In this document: positions 8,439 through 17,713 of the stretch, in pieces
Numbering within the stretch: position 1 is the stretch's first letter
Layout of the letters: each line of letters begins with the position of its first letter
Position numbers and translations under genes: made by a program
From: Candidatus Aminicenantes bacterium
GTDB lineage: Bacteria; Acidobacteriota; Aminicenantia; JAMOAD01
Length of the DNA stretch: 64,000 nt
Direction of reading: 5' to 3'
Assembly: GCA_035403085.1 (NCBI GenBank)
Contig: DAONEM010000007.1
Span: 452 to 64,451 of the forward strand
The notes under the pieces: generated by a model
Seen by the model: the letters and a program-made list of their open reading frames with translations, nothing else
Database searches by the model: none
What the model was told of the DNA's origin: nothing

Positions 8439-9170
8439 ATGCCCATCCTGAAGATTAAGATAGACGGTTGTTGTAAGACGCTCCACTTCACCTTTGCGGA
8501 AGCGGTCCCGCCCGGGGAGTTCGTCTTGATCCCTTCGGAAGGGGGAGGGCTTCTGGCGGAGGTTCTTCCCGAGAGCCCTTCGGTTCTGGAGCACCTGCAA
8601 GACAAGATCCTTCCTGGGATTCTCAAGAGGGCCACCGTGGAAGAGGTCGACCACTTCCGAAAGAAGGCCGAACGGGAGAAAGAAGCCTACCACTTCTGCA
8701 AGGAGAGGATCCGAATCCGAGAGATTCCCCTCAAGCTCCTGAAGGTGATCTTCTTCGCGGACGAGAAGAAGTCGATCTTCTACTTCACCGCGGAGGGTCG
8801 GGTGGACTTTCGGGACATCGTCAAAGACCTTGCCCGCCGGTACAGGATGCGCATCGAGATGAAGCAGATCGGTGTTCGGGACGAGACGAAGGTCCTGGGG
8901 GGCTTCGGAATCTGCGGCAACCCCCTCTGCTGTTTCTCCTTCCTGAAGAGGTTCGAACCGGTGACCCTTCAGAGGGCGAAGGATCAAAACATCAACATCA
9001 ACCCCACAAAGATCTCCGGGGTCTGCGGGCGGCTGGTCTGTTGCCTCAACTACGAGGAGGGGAGCAGCGGCCGACTCTATGTCGATCAGGATGAAGAGGA
9101 TCTCATCCAGTACGACGAAGAGCTGATCGAGAGCGATGGAGCTCCTCCAGGGGTCATCTCGGATAAATGA
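8439..9170 (+). CDS. PSP1 C-terminal domain protein (YaaT/RicT family)
   Basis: FFADEKKSIFYFTAEGRVDFRDIVKDLARRYRMRIEMKQIG...GICGNPLCC..CGRLVCCLNYE is the YaaT/PSP1 signature. The holB-yaaT gene order is conserved in many bacteria. Confidence 0.75.
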   Translation: MPILKIKIDGCCKTLHFTFAEAVPPGEFVLIPSEGGGLLAEVLPESPSVLEHLQDKILPGILKRATVEEVDHFRKKAEREKEAYHFCKERIRIREIPLKLLKVIFFADEKKSIFYFTAEGRVDFRDIVKDLARRYRMRIEMKQIGVRDETKVLGGFGICGNPLCCFSFLKRFEPVTLQRAKDQNININPTKISGVCGRLVCCLNYEEGSSGRLYVDQDEEDLIQYDEELIESDGAPPGVISDK

Positions 9171-9228
9171 TGGCCTTGATGGGAGGGAGTGATTCCAATA
9201 TAATGTTTTCTAGAAAAGAGGTGCGCCT

Positions 9229-9981
9229 GTGATAATAACCATAGCCAACCAAAAGGGCGGGGTGGGAAAGACCACCACGGCCATCAACCTCTCCGCAGGA
9301 CTGAGCTTTCGGGGCAAGAGGGTTCTCCTGGTGGACTTGGACCCCCAGGCCAACAGCACCATGTCCTTCGTGGACCCCCACGACCTCGGGGTCTCGATCT
9401 TCGATGTTCTTACCGATCAGGCCTCTTTTCAAGAGGCTCTCATACAGACCAAGATTCCCAACCTGACCCTCTGCCCGGCCCAGATCTCCCTGGCGAAGCT
9501 GGAGAGGGAGCTCCTTGGGGACATCGACAGCCACTTCAAGCTGAAGGACAAGCTCTCGGACCTTGCCGGAGAGTATGACTACATCTTCATCGACACCCCC
9601 CCCACCCTGGGGATCATTACCCTCAACGCCCTGGTGGCCTCCACCCACATCTTGATTCCCATCCAATCTTCCTATTTCGCCCTGGAAGGGACCGACGATC
9701 TTCTGGAAACCATCGACAAGGTGCGCTTCCGGAGCAACCCGGACCTGAAACTTCTGGGGGTTGTGATCACCCTTCACGACAAGAGAACCTCCTTGGGAAG
9801 GGACATCGTCGATCAGATCGGGCGGGTCTTCAACAACAAGGTCTTCGAGACGAAGATCTCCAAGAACGTCCGCCTCGAGGAGAGCCCCGCCTACAAAGAG
9901 TCGATCTATACTTTCGCCCCCGAATCGAAGGGTGCCGAGGAGTACTCACAACTGACCGAGGAGATCATGGCCTGTGAGTAA
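9229..9981 (+). CDS. parA: ParA/Soj chromosome-partitioning ATPase
   Basis: GTG start; deviant Walker A in IANQKGGVGKTTTAINL; DLDPQANST motif. Confidence 0.9.
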   Translation: MIITIANQKGGVGKTTTAINLSAGLSFRGKRVLLVDLDPQANSTMSFVDPHDLGVSIFDVLTDQASFQEALIQTKIPNLTLCPAQISLAKLERELLGDIDSHFKLKDKLSDLAGEYDYIFIDTPPTLGIITLNALVASTHILIPIQSSYFALEGTDDLLETIDKVRFRSNPDLKLLGVVITLHDKRTSLGRDIVDQIGRVFNNKVFETKISKNVRLEESPAYKESIYTFAPESKGAEEYSQLTEEIMACE

Positions 9982-10813
9982 GAAAAGAGGTCTCCCCGAA
10001 ACGGTTCGTATGCGCCACGACAACCACTTCGTGGACGAAATCGCGTCGGAGGTCTCCTCCTCCTACCTCTTCCGCACGGTCTCCCTGGAGAGGATCGACC
10101 TCAACCCCTACCAGCCCCGCAAGGAGTTCGGCGATCTGGAAGAGCTGATCGCCTCGGTTAAGGAGAAGGGTGTCCTTGAGCCCGTGATCCTCCGACCTCG
10201 GGAGGGGCGATTCGAGGTCGTGGCCGGAGAACGCCGGGTACGCGCCGCCCGGGAGGCCGACCTGAAAGAGGTTCCCGCGGTCGTCATGGAGCTTGAAGAC
10301 GACGAGGCTCTGGAGCTGGCCCTGGTCGAAAACCTTCAGAGGAAGGAGTTGACCCCCTTCGAAGAGGCCTTTTCCCTGAAGACCCTCAACGACAGCTACG
10401 GTTTCTCCCACGAGGAGATCGCCAAGAGGCTCGGTAAGAGCAGGTCGTCGGTTACAGAGACCATCAAGATCGCCTCCCTCCCTCCCCAGGTAGCCCTCCT
10501 ATGTCAGGAGCAGGGGATCGGGTCGAAGAGCTTCCTCTTGGAACTCGCCCGTCTTCCCGGAGAAAAAGAGATGGTCGAGGCCCTCCAGGCAAGGCTAGAC
10601 CCCGGACAAGGGGCGACCAGGGATGACCTGAGGGAGAAGAGGAAAGAGGTGACGGAGAAGCCGAAGAGGTATGTCTTTCGCTTTTCCGCTCCGGACCGGC
10701 GTTTCAAACTGCAACTTCAGTTCAAGGAAGAGAAAGCCTCTAGGGAAGAGGTGATCGCGATTCTCGAAGACCTTCTTCTCTCCCTTCGGGAAGGAAGGGA
10801 GACGGGCCTTTAG
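9974..10813 (+). CDS. parB: ParB/Spo0J partition protein
   Basis: KRGLP N-terminal motif and the ParB box VAGERRVRAA. The GTG start overlaps the parA stop. Confidence 0.85.
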   Translation: MSKKRGLPETVRMRHDNHFVDEIASEVSSSYLFRTVSLERIDLNPYQPRKEFGDLEELIASVKEKGVLEPVILRPREGRFEVVAGERRVRAAREADLKEVPAVVMELEDDEALELALVENLQRKELTPFEEAFSLKTLNDSYGFSHEEIAKRLGKSRSSVTETIKIASLPPQVALLCQEQGIGSKSFLLELARLPGEKEMVEALQARLDPGQGATRDDLREKRKEVTEKPKRYVFRFSAPDRRFKLQLQFKEEKASREEVIAILEDLLLSLREGRETGL

Positions 10814-10843
10814 GCCCCTCTCCCCTCTTCGAAGAGAAAACTC

Positions 10844-12106
10844 TTAGAGCTTACGGAAGACCAACGCTGCGTTGGTTCCCCCGAATCCAAAGGAGTTGCT
10901 CATCACGACCCTCAGTTCCTTGGGCTTGGCCTTCAAGGGGGTATAGTCGAGGTCGCATTCGGGATCGGGGTTTTCCAGGTTGATCGTTGGGGGAACGATG
11001 GAATCACGCATGGCCAGAAGGGAGAAGGCGGATTCCAGAGACCCCGCCGCGCCCAAGAGATGGCCTGTCATCGACTTTGTAGAGGAGATGGAAACCTTGT
11101 AAGCGTGTTCCTTGAAGAGTTTCTTTATGGCGAGAGTCTCAATCTTGTCGTTCAGGGGTGTCGAAGTGCCGTGGGCGTTGATGTAATCGACCTCTTCGGG
11201 AGCGATTCCCGCCTCCCTGATGGCCTCGCCCATGGCCCTGACGGCTCCTCGTCCTTCGGGATCCGGGGCGGTCTGGTGGTAAGCGTCTCCGCTCATACCG
11301 TAACCTATGAGTTCCCCATAGATCTTCGCGTTTCGGCGTACCGCGTGTTCCAGCTCTTCCAGAACCAGGACGGCGGCGCCTTCGGCGATGACAAACCCGT
11401 CCCTGGTCTTGTCGAAGGGGCAGGAGGCCTTCTCGGCGGGGTTGTTCCGTCGGGAGAGGGTCCTCATGATATCGAAACCCGCCACACCCAGTGCGGTGAT
11501 GGGGGCTTCGGTTCCTCCGGAGAGCATGATGTTGGCGTAACCGGCTTCGATGAGACGGTAGGCCTCACCGAGAGAGTGGGTGGAAGTCGCGCAGGCGGTG
11601 ACAGTGGAGAGGTTCGGCCCCCGGGCCTTGAAGTGTTGAGAGACGATACCCGAGGCCATGTTGATGATGGTACCCGGAATAAAGGTTGGAGTGATCCTGC
11701 GCAAGCCTTCGGTTCGGAGGGTATCCTGGTTCTGAGCGATGGTGTCAAGGCCGCCGATTCCGGAACCGATGGAGACTCCGGTACTCTCCTCTTCGGAGGG
11801 GTCCAACTCCTTCAAGCCTGCATCCTGCCAGGCCAGCTTGGACGCGGCGATGGCGAAGTGAAGAAAACGATCGTTTCTCCTGGTCTCACGATGGTCCATA
11901 AAGAGGGAGGGATCGAACGCCTTCACTTCGCCAGAGATCTGAGAACCGTAAGAGGAGCTGTCGAAACGGGTGGTAGGACCGATCCCGCTCTCTCCCCTTT
12001 TAATACGCTCCCAGCTCTCCTCGGTCCCGACTCCCATGGGGGAGACGAGACCGATACCTGTCACCACCACCCTTCTAAGGGAGATGGTTTTTTTAATGAA
12101 GTTCAT
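10844..12106 (-). CDS. fabF: 3-oxoacyl-ACP synthase II
   Basis: RRVVVTGIGLVSPMG N-terminus, active-site region ATACATSTHSLGEA, and C-terminal NSFGFGGTNAALVF. Confidence 0.9.
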   Translation of the reverse strand: MNFIKKTISLRRVVVTGIGLVSPMGVGTEESWERIKRGESGIGPTTRFDSSSYGSQISGEVKAFDPSLFMDHRETRRNDRFLHFAIAASKLAWQDAGLKELDPSEEESTGVSIGSGIGGLDTIAQNQDTLRTEGLRRITPTFIPGTIINMASGIVSQHFKARGPNLSTVTACATSTHSLGEAYRLIEAGYANIMLSGGTEAPITALGVAGFDIMRTLSRRNNPAEKASCPFDKTRDGFVIAEGAAVLVLEELEHAVRRNAKIYGELIGYGMSGDAYHQTAPDPEGRGAVRAMGEAIREAGIAPEEVDYINAHGTSTPLNDKIETLAIKKLFKEHAYKVSISSTKSMTGHLLGAAGSLESAFSLLAMRDSIVPPTINLENPDPECDLDYTPLKAKPKELRVVMSNSFGFGGTNAALVFRKL

Positions 12107-12117
12107 GCCTAGGGAAA

Positions 12118-12360
12118 TCAGGCCTTTTTCTCGGCGACGTAGTTGACCAGTTCACCGACGGTCGTCAGTTTATCGAGGTCCTCGTCGGGGATGCGGATGT
12201 CAAACATGTTCTCGACGTCCTGAACGAGAGTGGAAACGTCCAGAGAGTCGAACCCGAGATCTTCGAGGAAAGAGGCTTCGTCTTTGATCTGATCTTCTGA
12301 CACCTTGAATTCGTCAACAATAAACTTCTTCACTTTTTCGAAAACTTCGGCTTTAGTCAT
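12118..12360 (-). CDS. acpP: Acyl carrier protein
   Basis: 80 aa with the LGFDSLD phosphopantetheine attachment motif. Confidence 0.9.
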   Translation of the reverse strand: MTKAEVFEKVKKFIVDEFKVSEDQIKDEASFLEDLGFDSLDVSTLVQDVENMFDIRIPDEDLDKLTTVGELVNYVAEKKA

Positions 12361-12389
12361 AAATTCATCCTCCTTGATGGATTGTCGGC

Positions 12390-13124
12390 CTACATATAGA
12401 GGCCGCCGGAAACATTAATGACATCTCCTGTAACATAGGATGCCTCAGGAGAGAGCAAAAAGGAGACGACTCCGGCGATATCCTCGGGTGTCCCGAATCG
12501 CCGAAGGGGGATCCCGGAAAGGTACTCCTTCTTCCTCTCTTCCGAGAGAACGTCTGTCATAGCTGTTTCGATGAAACCCGGTGCGACCAGGTTGGCGGTG
12601 ATTCCCTTGGAACCGTACTCCCGGGCCAAGGATTTTGTGAGGCCTACGAGACCGGCCTTAGAGGCGGAGTAGTTTATCTGCCCTACCCCTCCCATGAGAC
12701 CAACGATGGATCCGATGTTCACGATCCGTCCCCTTCTCTGCCGAACCATGACGGGAAGGGCGTGACGAACGAAGTTGAAGGCCCCCTGAAGGTTGACGGA
12801 GAGGACCGAGCTCCACTCCTCTTCGGACATGCGGATCAGAAGGTTGTCTTTGGTGATCCCGGCGTTGTTGATCAAAGCGTCGAGACGGCCGAACCTCTTC
12901 ATGGATTCGGAGACACACCTCTCGGCTTCCGAAAAGAGGGAGACGTCGGCGGCTAAGAGCAGGTGATCTTCCGGTCTCGAGAGGGACTCCAGAAGGGCGG
13001 AGGCCTTGTCTATGGAACGGGAGATCAGCGTCAGGTTCCAACCTTCTTCGGCGAGCCGAAGGGCGATAGCCTCCCCAATACCTCGGGAGGCCCCGGTGAG
13101 AACGGCTACAGGCCTGTCAGACAT
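12390..13124 (-). CDS. fabG: 3-oxoacyl-ACP reductase
   Basis: Short-chain dehydrogenase/reductase with TGASRGIGEAIA, NNAGI, and the YSASKAG catalytic motif. Confidence 0.9.
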   Translation of the reverse strand: MSDRPVAVLTGASRGIGEAIALRLAEEGWNLTLISRSIDKASALLESLSRPEDHLLLAADVSLFSEAERCVSESMKRFGRLDALINNAGITKDNLLIRMSEEEWSSVLSVNLQGAFNFVRHALPVMVRQRRGRIVNIGSIVGLMGGVGQINYSASKAGLVGLTKSLAREYGSKGITANLVAPGFIETAMTDVLSEERKKEYLSGIPLRRFGTPEDIAGVVSFLLSPEASYVTGDVINVSGGLYM

Positions 13125-14127
13125 CGAGGTTCAGTTCTCCCATGCGTTCTTGAATCTTCAAGTGGATAGACTTCTCGACCATCCCCTTGGTGGCCAGGAT
13201 GCCGTTCTTGATGGCCTTGGCTTTGGAGCGGCCATGGCCTATGACGGCGATTCCCTTGACGCCTAAAAGGATCGCCCCGCCGTACTCGGAGTAATCGAGC
13301 CGTTTCTTCAGCTTCTTAACGCTCCTGCTGAGCACGAGGGCGGCCAGCTTTGTCAGAAGGTTCTTCATGAAGGCGTTTCGAAAGTAGAGGAGAAGGTTTT
13401 CCGCGACCCCTTCGGCGACTTTCAACGTCACGTTTCCGGTGAAGCCGTCGGAGACGAGGATGTCCGCCGAGCCGTAGATGATTCTGTTCCCTTCGATGTT
13501 CCCTACGAAGTTGGGTACTTTCTGAGAAAAGAGGCGGAAAGACTCCTTGGTCAGGCGGTTCCCCTTGCTGTCCTCCTCTCCGATGGAGATGAGGCCGACG
13601 GTGGGGTTCTTCTTCTCGACGAACTCTTCCATGAAGACCGTTCCCATGTGGGCGAACTGAAGAAGGTTCGTGGGGCGGCAATCGGAGTTGGCGCCTGCAT
13701 CGACGATGAGGGAGAAGCCTTTGTCGGTGGGCAGTAGGACCGCCAGGGCAGGGCGTTCGACGCCCTCCAAGGGCTCGAGGATCAGCCGAGCGTTGACCAT
13801 GACGGCGCCGGTGTTTCCCGCCGAGAAGAACCCATCGGTTATCCCCTCCTTGACGAGCTGGAGCCCCACCTTTATGGTGGATTTCTGCTTCCCTCTCCAG
13901 TAGTTGAAGAGGGAGTCTTTCATGGTAACGAATTCGGGCGCATCGACGATCTCAACCCTGTCGAGGTTCCTTACCCCGACCTTTTCGATCCCTTTCTGGA
14001 CCAATTTCTCTGGACCAACCAGGAAAAGTTTTAAGGAAGAGGACTCTTCGAGGGCTTCCTTGACTCCCTTTATAACCTCGTCGGGGGCGTGGTCCCCCCC
14101 CATAATGTCTAAGGCGATGCCTTTCAT
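13117..14127 (-). CDS. plsX: Phosphate acyltransferase PlsX
   Basis: IALDIMGGDHAP N-terminus. The track ORF extends to 14196, but the ATG at 14127-14125 preceded by AGGAGA is the likely start (MKGIALD). Confidence 0.85.
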   Translation of the reverse strand: MKGIALDIMGGDHAPDEVIKGVKEALEESSSLKLFLVGPEKLVQKGIEKVGVRNLDRVEIVDAPEFVTMKDSLFNYWRGKQKSTIKVGLQLVKEGITDGFFSAGNTGAVMVNARLILEPLEGVERPALAVLLPTDKGFSLIVDAGANSDCRPTNLLQFAHMGTVFMEEFVEKKNPTVGLISIGEEDSKGNRLTKESFRLFSQKVPNFVGNIEGNRIIYGSADILVSDGFTGNVTLKVAEGVAENLLLYFRNAFMKNLLTKLAALVLSRSVKKLKKRLDYSEYGGAILLGVKGIAVIGHGRSKAKAIKNGILATKGMVEKSIHLKIQERMGELNLDV

Positions 14128-14137
14128 AGAGTTTGGG

Positions 14138-14323
14138 TTATTTCTCCTGGGATCCGTCGATGACCTGTTGGCCTTTGTAGTGTCCGCACTCTCCACAGGC
14201 TCTGTGGGGTTTGACTGGGGCGCTGCATTTGGGGCAAAGGGTCAGGCTTGTTACCGTGAGAGCGTGGTGAGAGGCTCTCTTGTGCTTGTGAGTCTTGGAA
14301 GTTCGTCTTTTGGGTACGGCCAT
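14138..14323 (-). CDS. rpmF: 50S ribosomal protein L32
   Basis: MAVPKRRTSKTHKHKRASHHAL with CPKC..CGEC zinc ribbon. Confidence 0.9.
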   Translation of the reverse strand: MAVPKRRTSKTHKHKRASHHALTVTSLTLCPKCSAPVKPHRACGECGHYKGQQVIDGSQEK

Positions 14324-14324
14324 T

Positions 14325-14855
14325 TTATTTACCTCTCAAGGTGTCGGTGATTTTTTGGATTCTGGGATCCTTGCGCTTGACTTCGCAACCGCAGGGTCCT
14401 TCGTTCAAGTCTTTGCCGCAGATCGGGCAGATCCCCTTGCAAAGCTCTCCGCAGAGAGGTTTGAAGGGAAGGGAAAGGTTGATCTGGTCGAGAATCACGT
14501 TGTCCAGATCGATGAGACCGTTTTCGTAGAAGAGGGTGTTGACATCCTCTTCTTGAATCTCCTTGGCCTCTTCGGAGTTTTCCTCGTCCCAATCTCCGTC
14601 TTCCTCGAAGAAGACCAGATCGAACCGGGAGTCTACAGGTTCATGGTAGGGGGCGAGGCAACGGGAGCAAAGGAGCTCCAAGGTTGTATGGACTTCACCA
14701 CGGACGACGACCTTGTCTCCTTCGCGGTAGATCTGAATATGGCAGGAGACGGGGTTGACAAAGGATCCCTCCTCAACCAATTCGTTGGGGTTGAGGTCGA
14801 AGATCTCGTTGATCGTCAAACCCTTCTGAGGAATATCGTCGACAAAGATTTTCAT
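14325..14855 (-). CDS. yceD: YceD/DUF177 family protein (large-subunit rRNA accumulation protein)
   Basis: 176 aa with paired CxxC motifs (CSRCLAPY...CPICGK..CGC). Its conserved position is immediately upstream of rpmF. Confidence 0.75.
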   Translation of the reverse strand: MKIFVDDIPQKGLTINEIFDLNPNELVEEGSFVNPVSCHIQIYREGDKVVVRGEVHTTLELLCSRCLAPYHEPVDSRFDLVFFEEDGDWDEENSEEAKEIQEEDVNTLFYENGLIDLDNVILDQINLSLPFKPLCGELCKGICPICGKDLNEGPCGCEVKRKDPRIQKITDTLRGK

Positions 14856-14953
14856 AGATTCACTCCGAAATATGATAACAGGTATTATACATCGAGCGCT
14901 GTCTTTGTCAAGAAGAGGGGCAAGCTCCCCTTCTGAAAAGGATCTTCCGGAGA

Positions 14954-16015
14954 TCAGACCGAATTCCAGGAGACCGGAAGGGAGAGGCGACGGAAGAGGG
15001 AGAGCGCGGCAGGGTCTGAGAGAGCGGCGAGGGAGTCGATAATCCTGGTTTCAAAGCGCTCTTCCGGGGGAAAGGGGTCAACGTAGGGCTCCGGGTTCTT
15101 GAGGAAGAGATGGAAAAGCTCCTCCAAAATCCGCTCCTCTTTGGCGGTCTCTTCCTGAATCAGGGGGTTCTCCCTGAGAGCTCTCTCCACGCCGTCCCTG
15201 AGAATGAAGACCTCGTCGGCCAGGGAGGGTTCGAGGGAGAGATAGGAGTATTCGTTCTTTCGAGTCTCCTGGATCAAAGAGATGAGGAATCGTCTCCGGC
15301 GGGTCTCCGGGTCGGCTCCGAGCGCGGCCAGGGATTCGACGGGAAGGTCTTCGCTCTTGAGGAGCCCCGAGCGGAAAAGCTCCTCCAACTCCTCACCGAG
15401 CGGGGAGAAGACCTCCACCCAGAGAACCGCTTGGCATTCGAGGGTGGAGGGTTTGTGCCGGGGGGTGAAGGGGAAGGGCCCCCTCTTGGGGATGACCCGG
15501 ATTCCGTCCCTCACCTCTTTGGTCAGGTTAAGCCCAAGGCCCTGGTTTTCCAGCTTCTCCACGACCCGAAGGCTCTGCTCTTGAAGGGGGAACCCCTCGG
15601 AGTGGAGCCGGGAGAGTGCCGATTCGCCCGCGGAACCGAAGGGGGGGTGGCCGAGGGGTCGGGAGAAGAGGATCGCCTCAGCCAGAGAGTCGTTGAGCCT
15701 GAGGGAACCGCAGAGGGTCCTGAGGAGGTCCCAGCACTCCCAGACCGAAGAGAGTCGGCTGTGACACCTCTCCGAGGGGGAGAGAAGGGGGAGGCGACCC
15801 TTGAGTTTGAGCCTTCGGAAGGCACGGCTCAGAAGGATACGACTGCGGTCGATCTGGAAGGGGTTCTTCAGGGAATCCGGTTCCTCCGGTAGTTCACGAC
15901 CGGCGGAGAGGGAGGAACGGAAAGCCCTGGGGTGGAGGAGGAGCAGCTCCCTCTCCTCCCCTTCCTGCCGGAGGCTCTTCTCCACAGAGGCCTCAGGAGA
16001 GGTGGGAAGAGACAT
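14954..16015 (-). CDS. dGTP triphosphohydrolase (Dgt/HD) family protein with a degenerate HD motif
   Basis: NPFQIDRSRILLSRAFRRL matches the dGTPase motif FQRDRDRIxHSxAFRRL. The region aligning to the canonical HDLGHPPFGHAGE reads SRPLGHPPFGSAGE, with SR in place of HD. Confidence 0.6.
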   Translation of the reverse strand: MSLPTSPEASVEKSLRQEGEERELLLLHPRAFRSSLSAGRELPEEPDSLKNPFQIDRSRILLSRAFRRLKLKGRLPLLSPSERCHSRLSSVWECWDLLRTLCGSLRLNDSLAEAILFSRPLGHPPFGSAGESALSRLHSEGFPLQEQSLRVVEKLENQGLGLNLTKEVRDGIRVIPKRGPFPFTPRHKPSTLECQAVLWVEVFSPLGEELEELFRSGLLKSEDLPVESLAALGADPETRRRRFLISLIQETRKNEYSYLSLEPSLADEVFILRDGVERALRENPLIQEETAKEERILEELFHLFLKNPEPYVDPFPPEERFETRIIDSLAALSDPAALSLFRRLSLPVSWNSV

Positions 16016-17675
16016 TCTTGGCGACGGCTTCGGAGAGGGTCCGGGCCTCGAGAATCAGCTTGTCGGCCTTGGCGCGGATCTCTTTCCGGAAAGGTTCGTC
16101 GTTGATCGAAGAGAGGTTGATGAGAACGTTCAGATAAGCGCCTTCGGCGGCGCCTCTGGCCATCCATCCTCCCACTCCGGCGTCGGAGATGGAGTTCTTG
16201 TTGCCGATCAGGGAGATCCTTTCCAAGAGGGAGAGGGAGTGCACGGCGGTTTCCATGATTCTATAGGGGACGCAGGCGGCATTCTGGGCGGCCTCTTCCA
16301 GGGCCTTCGTCCGAAGAGCCTTCTCCTCTTCCGTTCCCTTGGGGAGACGCCCGGCCTCCATGAAGAGGTTGAAGGCCTTCGTGTCCTCGTCGATCAGGCG
16401 GAGGGCCTCATCTTTCAACTCCTGGGCCCTGTCGCCCAGGGGGGGGTACTCCTGGTCCCACTGCTCGTAACCCTTCTTGTGGTGTGTCAACGCGGCCACC
16501 ATGGCGGCCAAACCGGAGGCGAGGGCGGAGGCGAGGGCGGAGACGCTGCCCCCTCCGGGCGCAGGGGAGACCGCGGAGACTTCGTCGACGAACCCGGTCA
16601 CCCTGAGGGAGGTGAGCCGTTTCTTCTCCTCTTCCTGATCGATCAAATACTCCACGACCCGCTCCTTGGGGTCGAAGGGGGAGACCGAGGCGAGGTTGAG
16701 GCTCTTGACGGCGATCTCGATAAGGACCTTCTCGGGGACTCCGGTCGTCCGTTTCTGTTTGCTCAGGTAGAAACGGCCCGTGTCGAGAAGGGCGTCCCGG
16801 GGGATCAGGCCTACGACTTCGCTTCCCGTGACCAACAGCCCCAGCTTGTCCGCCTCTTCCCTGACCGTTTCGAAGACTTTCCAGAGGGGAGTCTTCTTGT
16901 AGTCGAGAAGGTTGATGGAGATCTGGGCGATTCCGTACTCGTCGATATACCATCCGATGGCGCGAACGTTAGAGAGGATTCCCGGCTCCCGAAGCGCGGT
17001 GCCGTTGCCGTCCCGGAGGGTGTTCCCCTCCTTGTCCTTCTTGATTCGACCGTTCTCTCTGATGGTGAGGGCGATCTCGTTGGCGAGCTTTTTATCCTTT
17101 GTGTTCAGGTTCACGTTGTAGGCGATCAGGAACTCCCGGGCTCCGATCACGGTGGCGCCGGTACGGGCCACGTTCTCGTCGTAGGTCCTGGGTCCGAAGT
17201 CAGGCGGAAGGGAGCCCAGCTTCTGGGGGAGGGATTCGTACTCCCCTTCCCGCAGGTGGGAAAGACTCCTTCTCTCTTCGCAGGGTGCTGCCGCCTCGTA
17301 GAGGTAGACTGGGATCGAAAGTTCCTCCCCTACCCGTTTTCCCAGGCTCTTGGCCAGCTCGGCGCACTCCTCCATGGAGACGTTCTGAACGGGGACGAAG
17401 GGAACCACGTCCGAGGCTCCCATCCGAGGGTGGGCGCCGTGCTGCAGGCGCATGTCGATCGTTTCGGCCGCTTTCTTGATGGCTTGAAAGGCGGCTTCCG
17501 AGACGTCCTGGGGCTCGCCGACGAAGGTGAAGACGGTTCGGTTGGTGGCGAAGCCGGGGTCGACATTGAGCAGGGAAACCCCAGGGACGGAGAGAACCGC
17601 CCTCTTTATCTCCTCAAGAACCTGAGGGTTTCGGCCTTCGGAAAAGTTCGGGACACACTCGACAATTTTTTTCAT
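15993..17675 (-). CDS. Bifunctional glutamate formimidoyltransferase / formiminotetrahydrofolate cyclodeaminase (FTCD-like)
   Basis: N-terminal formiminotransferase domain (ECVPNFSEGRN) fused to a C-terminal cyclodeaminase domain (SPAPGGGSVSALASALASGLAAMV), 560 aa. It overlaps the dgt-like ORF by 23 nt. Confidence 0.8.
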   Translation of the reverse strand: MKKIVECVPNFSEGRNPQVLEEIKRAVLSVPGVSLLNVDPGFATNRTVFTFVGEPQDVSEAAFQAIKKAAETIDMRLQHGAHPRMGASDVVPFVPVQNVSMEECAELAKSLGKRVGEELSIPVYLYEAAAPCEERRSLSHLREGEYESLPQKLGSLPPDFGPRTYDENVARTGATVIGAREFLIAYNVNLNTKDKKLANEIALTIRENGRIKKDKEGNTLRDGNGTALREPGILSNVRAIGWYIDEYGIAQISINLLDYKKTPLWKVFETVREEADKLGLLVTGSEVVGLIPRDALLDTGRFYLSKQKRTTGVPEKVLIEIAVKSLNLASVSPFDPKERVVEYLIDQEEEKKRLTSLRVTGFVDEVSAVSPAPGGGSVSALASALASGLAAMVAALTHHKKGYEQWDQEYPPLGDRAQELKDEALRLIDEDTKAFNLFMEAGRLPKGTEEEKALRTKALEEAAQNAACVPYRIMETAVHSLSLLERISLIGNKNSISDAGVGGWMARGAAEGAYLNVLINLSSINDEPFRKEIRAKADKLILEARTLSEAVAKNVSSHLS

Positions 17676-17713
17676 GGTTCACCTCGATAGGAGTAGCAGA
17701 AGAGTAATATACC

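Noticed and set aside
9229-10813. parAB placed next to holB and the PSP1 gene, away from an origin-proximal gidAB context
   Set aside because: ParAB location varies among phyla, and this is not remarkable without knowing where oriC is. No parS consensus (TGTTTCACGTGAAACA) was seen in the window, but I did not scan exhaustively.
15801-17690. Large plus-strand ORF (629 aa) antisense to FTCD. Similar long antisense ORFs lie at 488-1915, 40256-42445, 61113-62483, 33099-34862 and 50014-51612
   Set aside because: They are Gly/Glu/Arg/Leu/Val-rich low-complexity translations typical of the reverse strand of high-GC genes. Each is fully contained within a strongly supported gene on the other strand.
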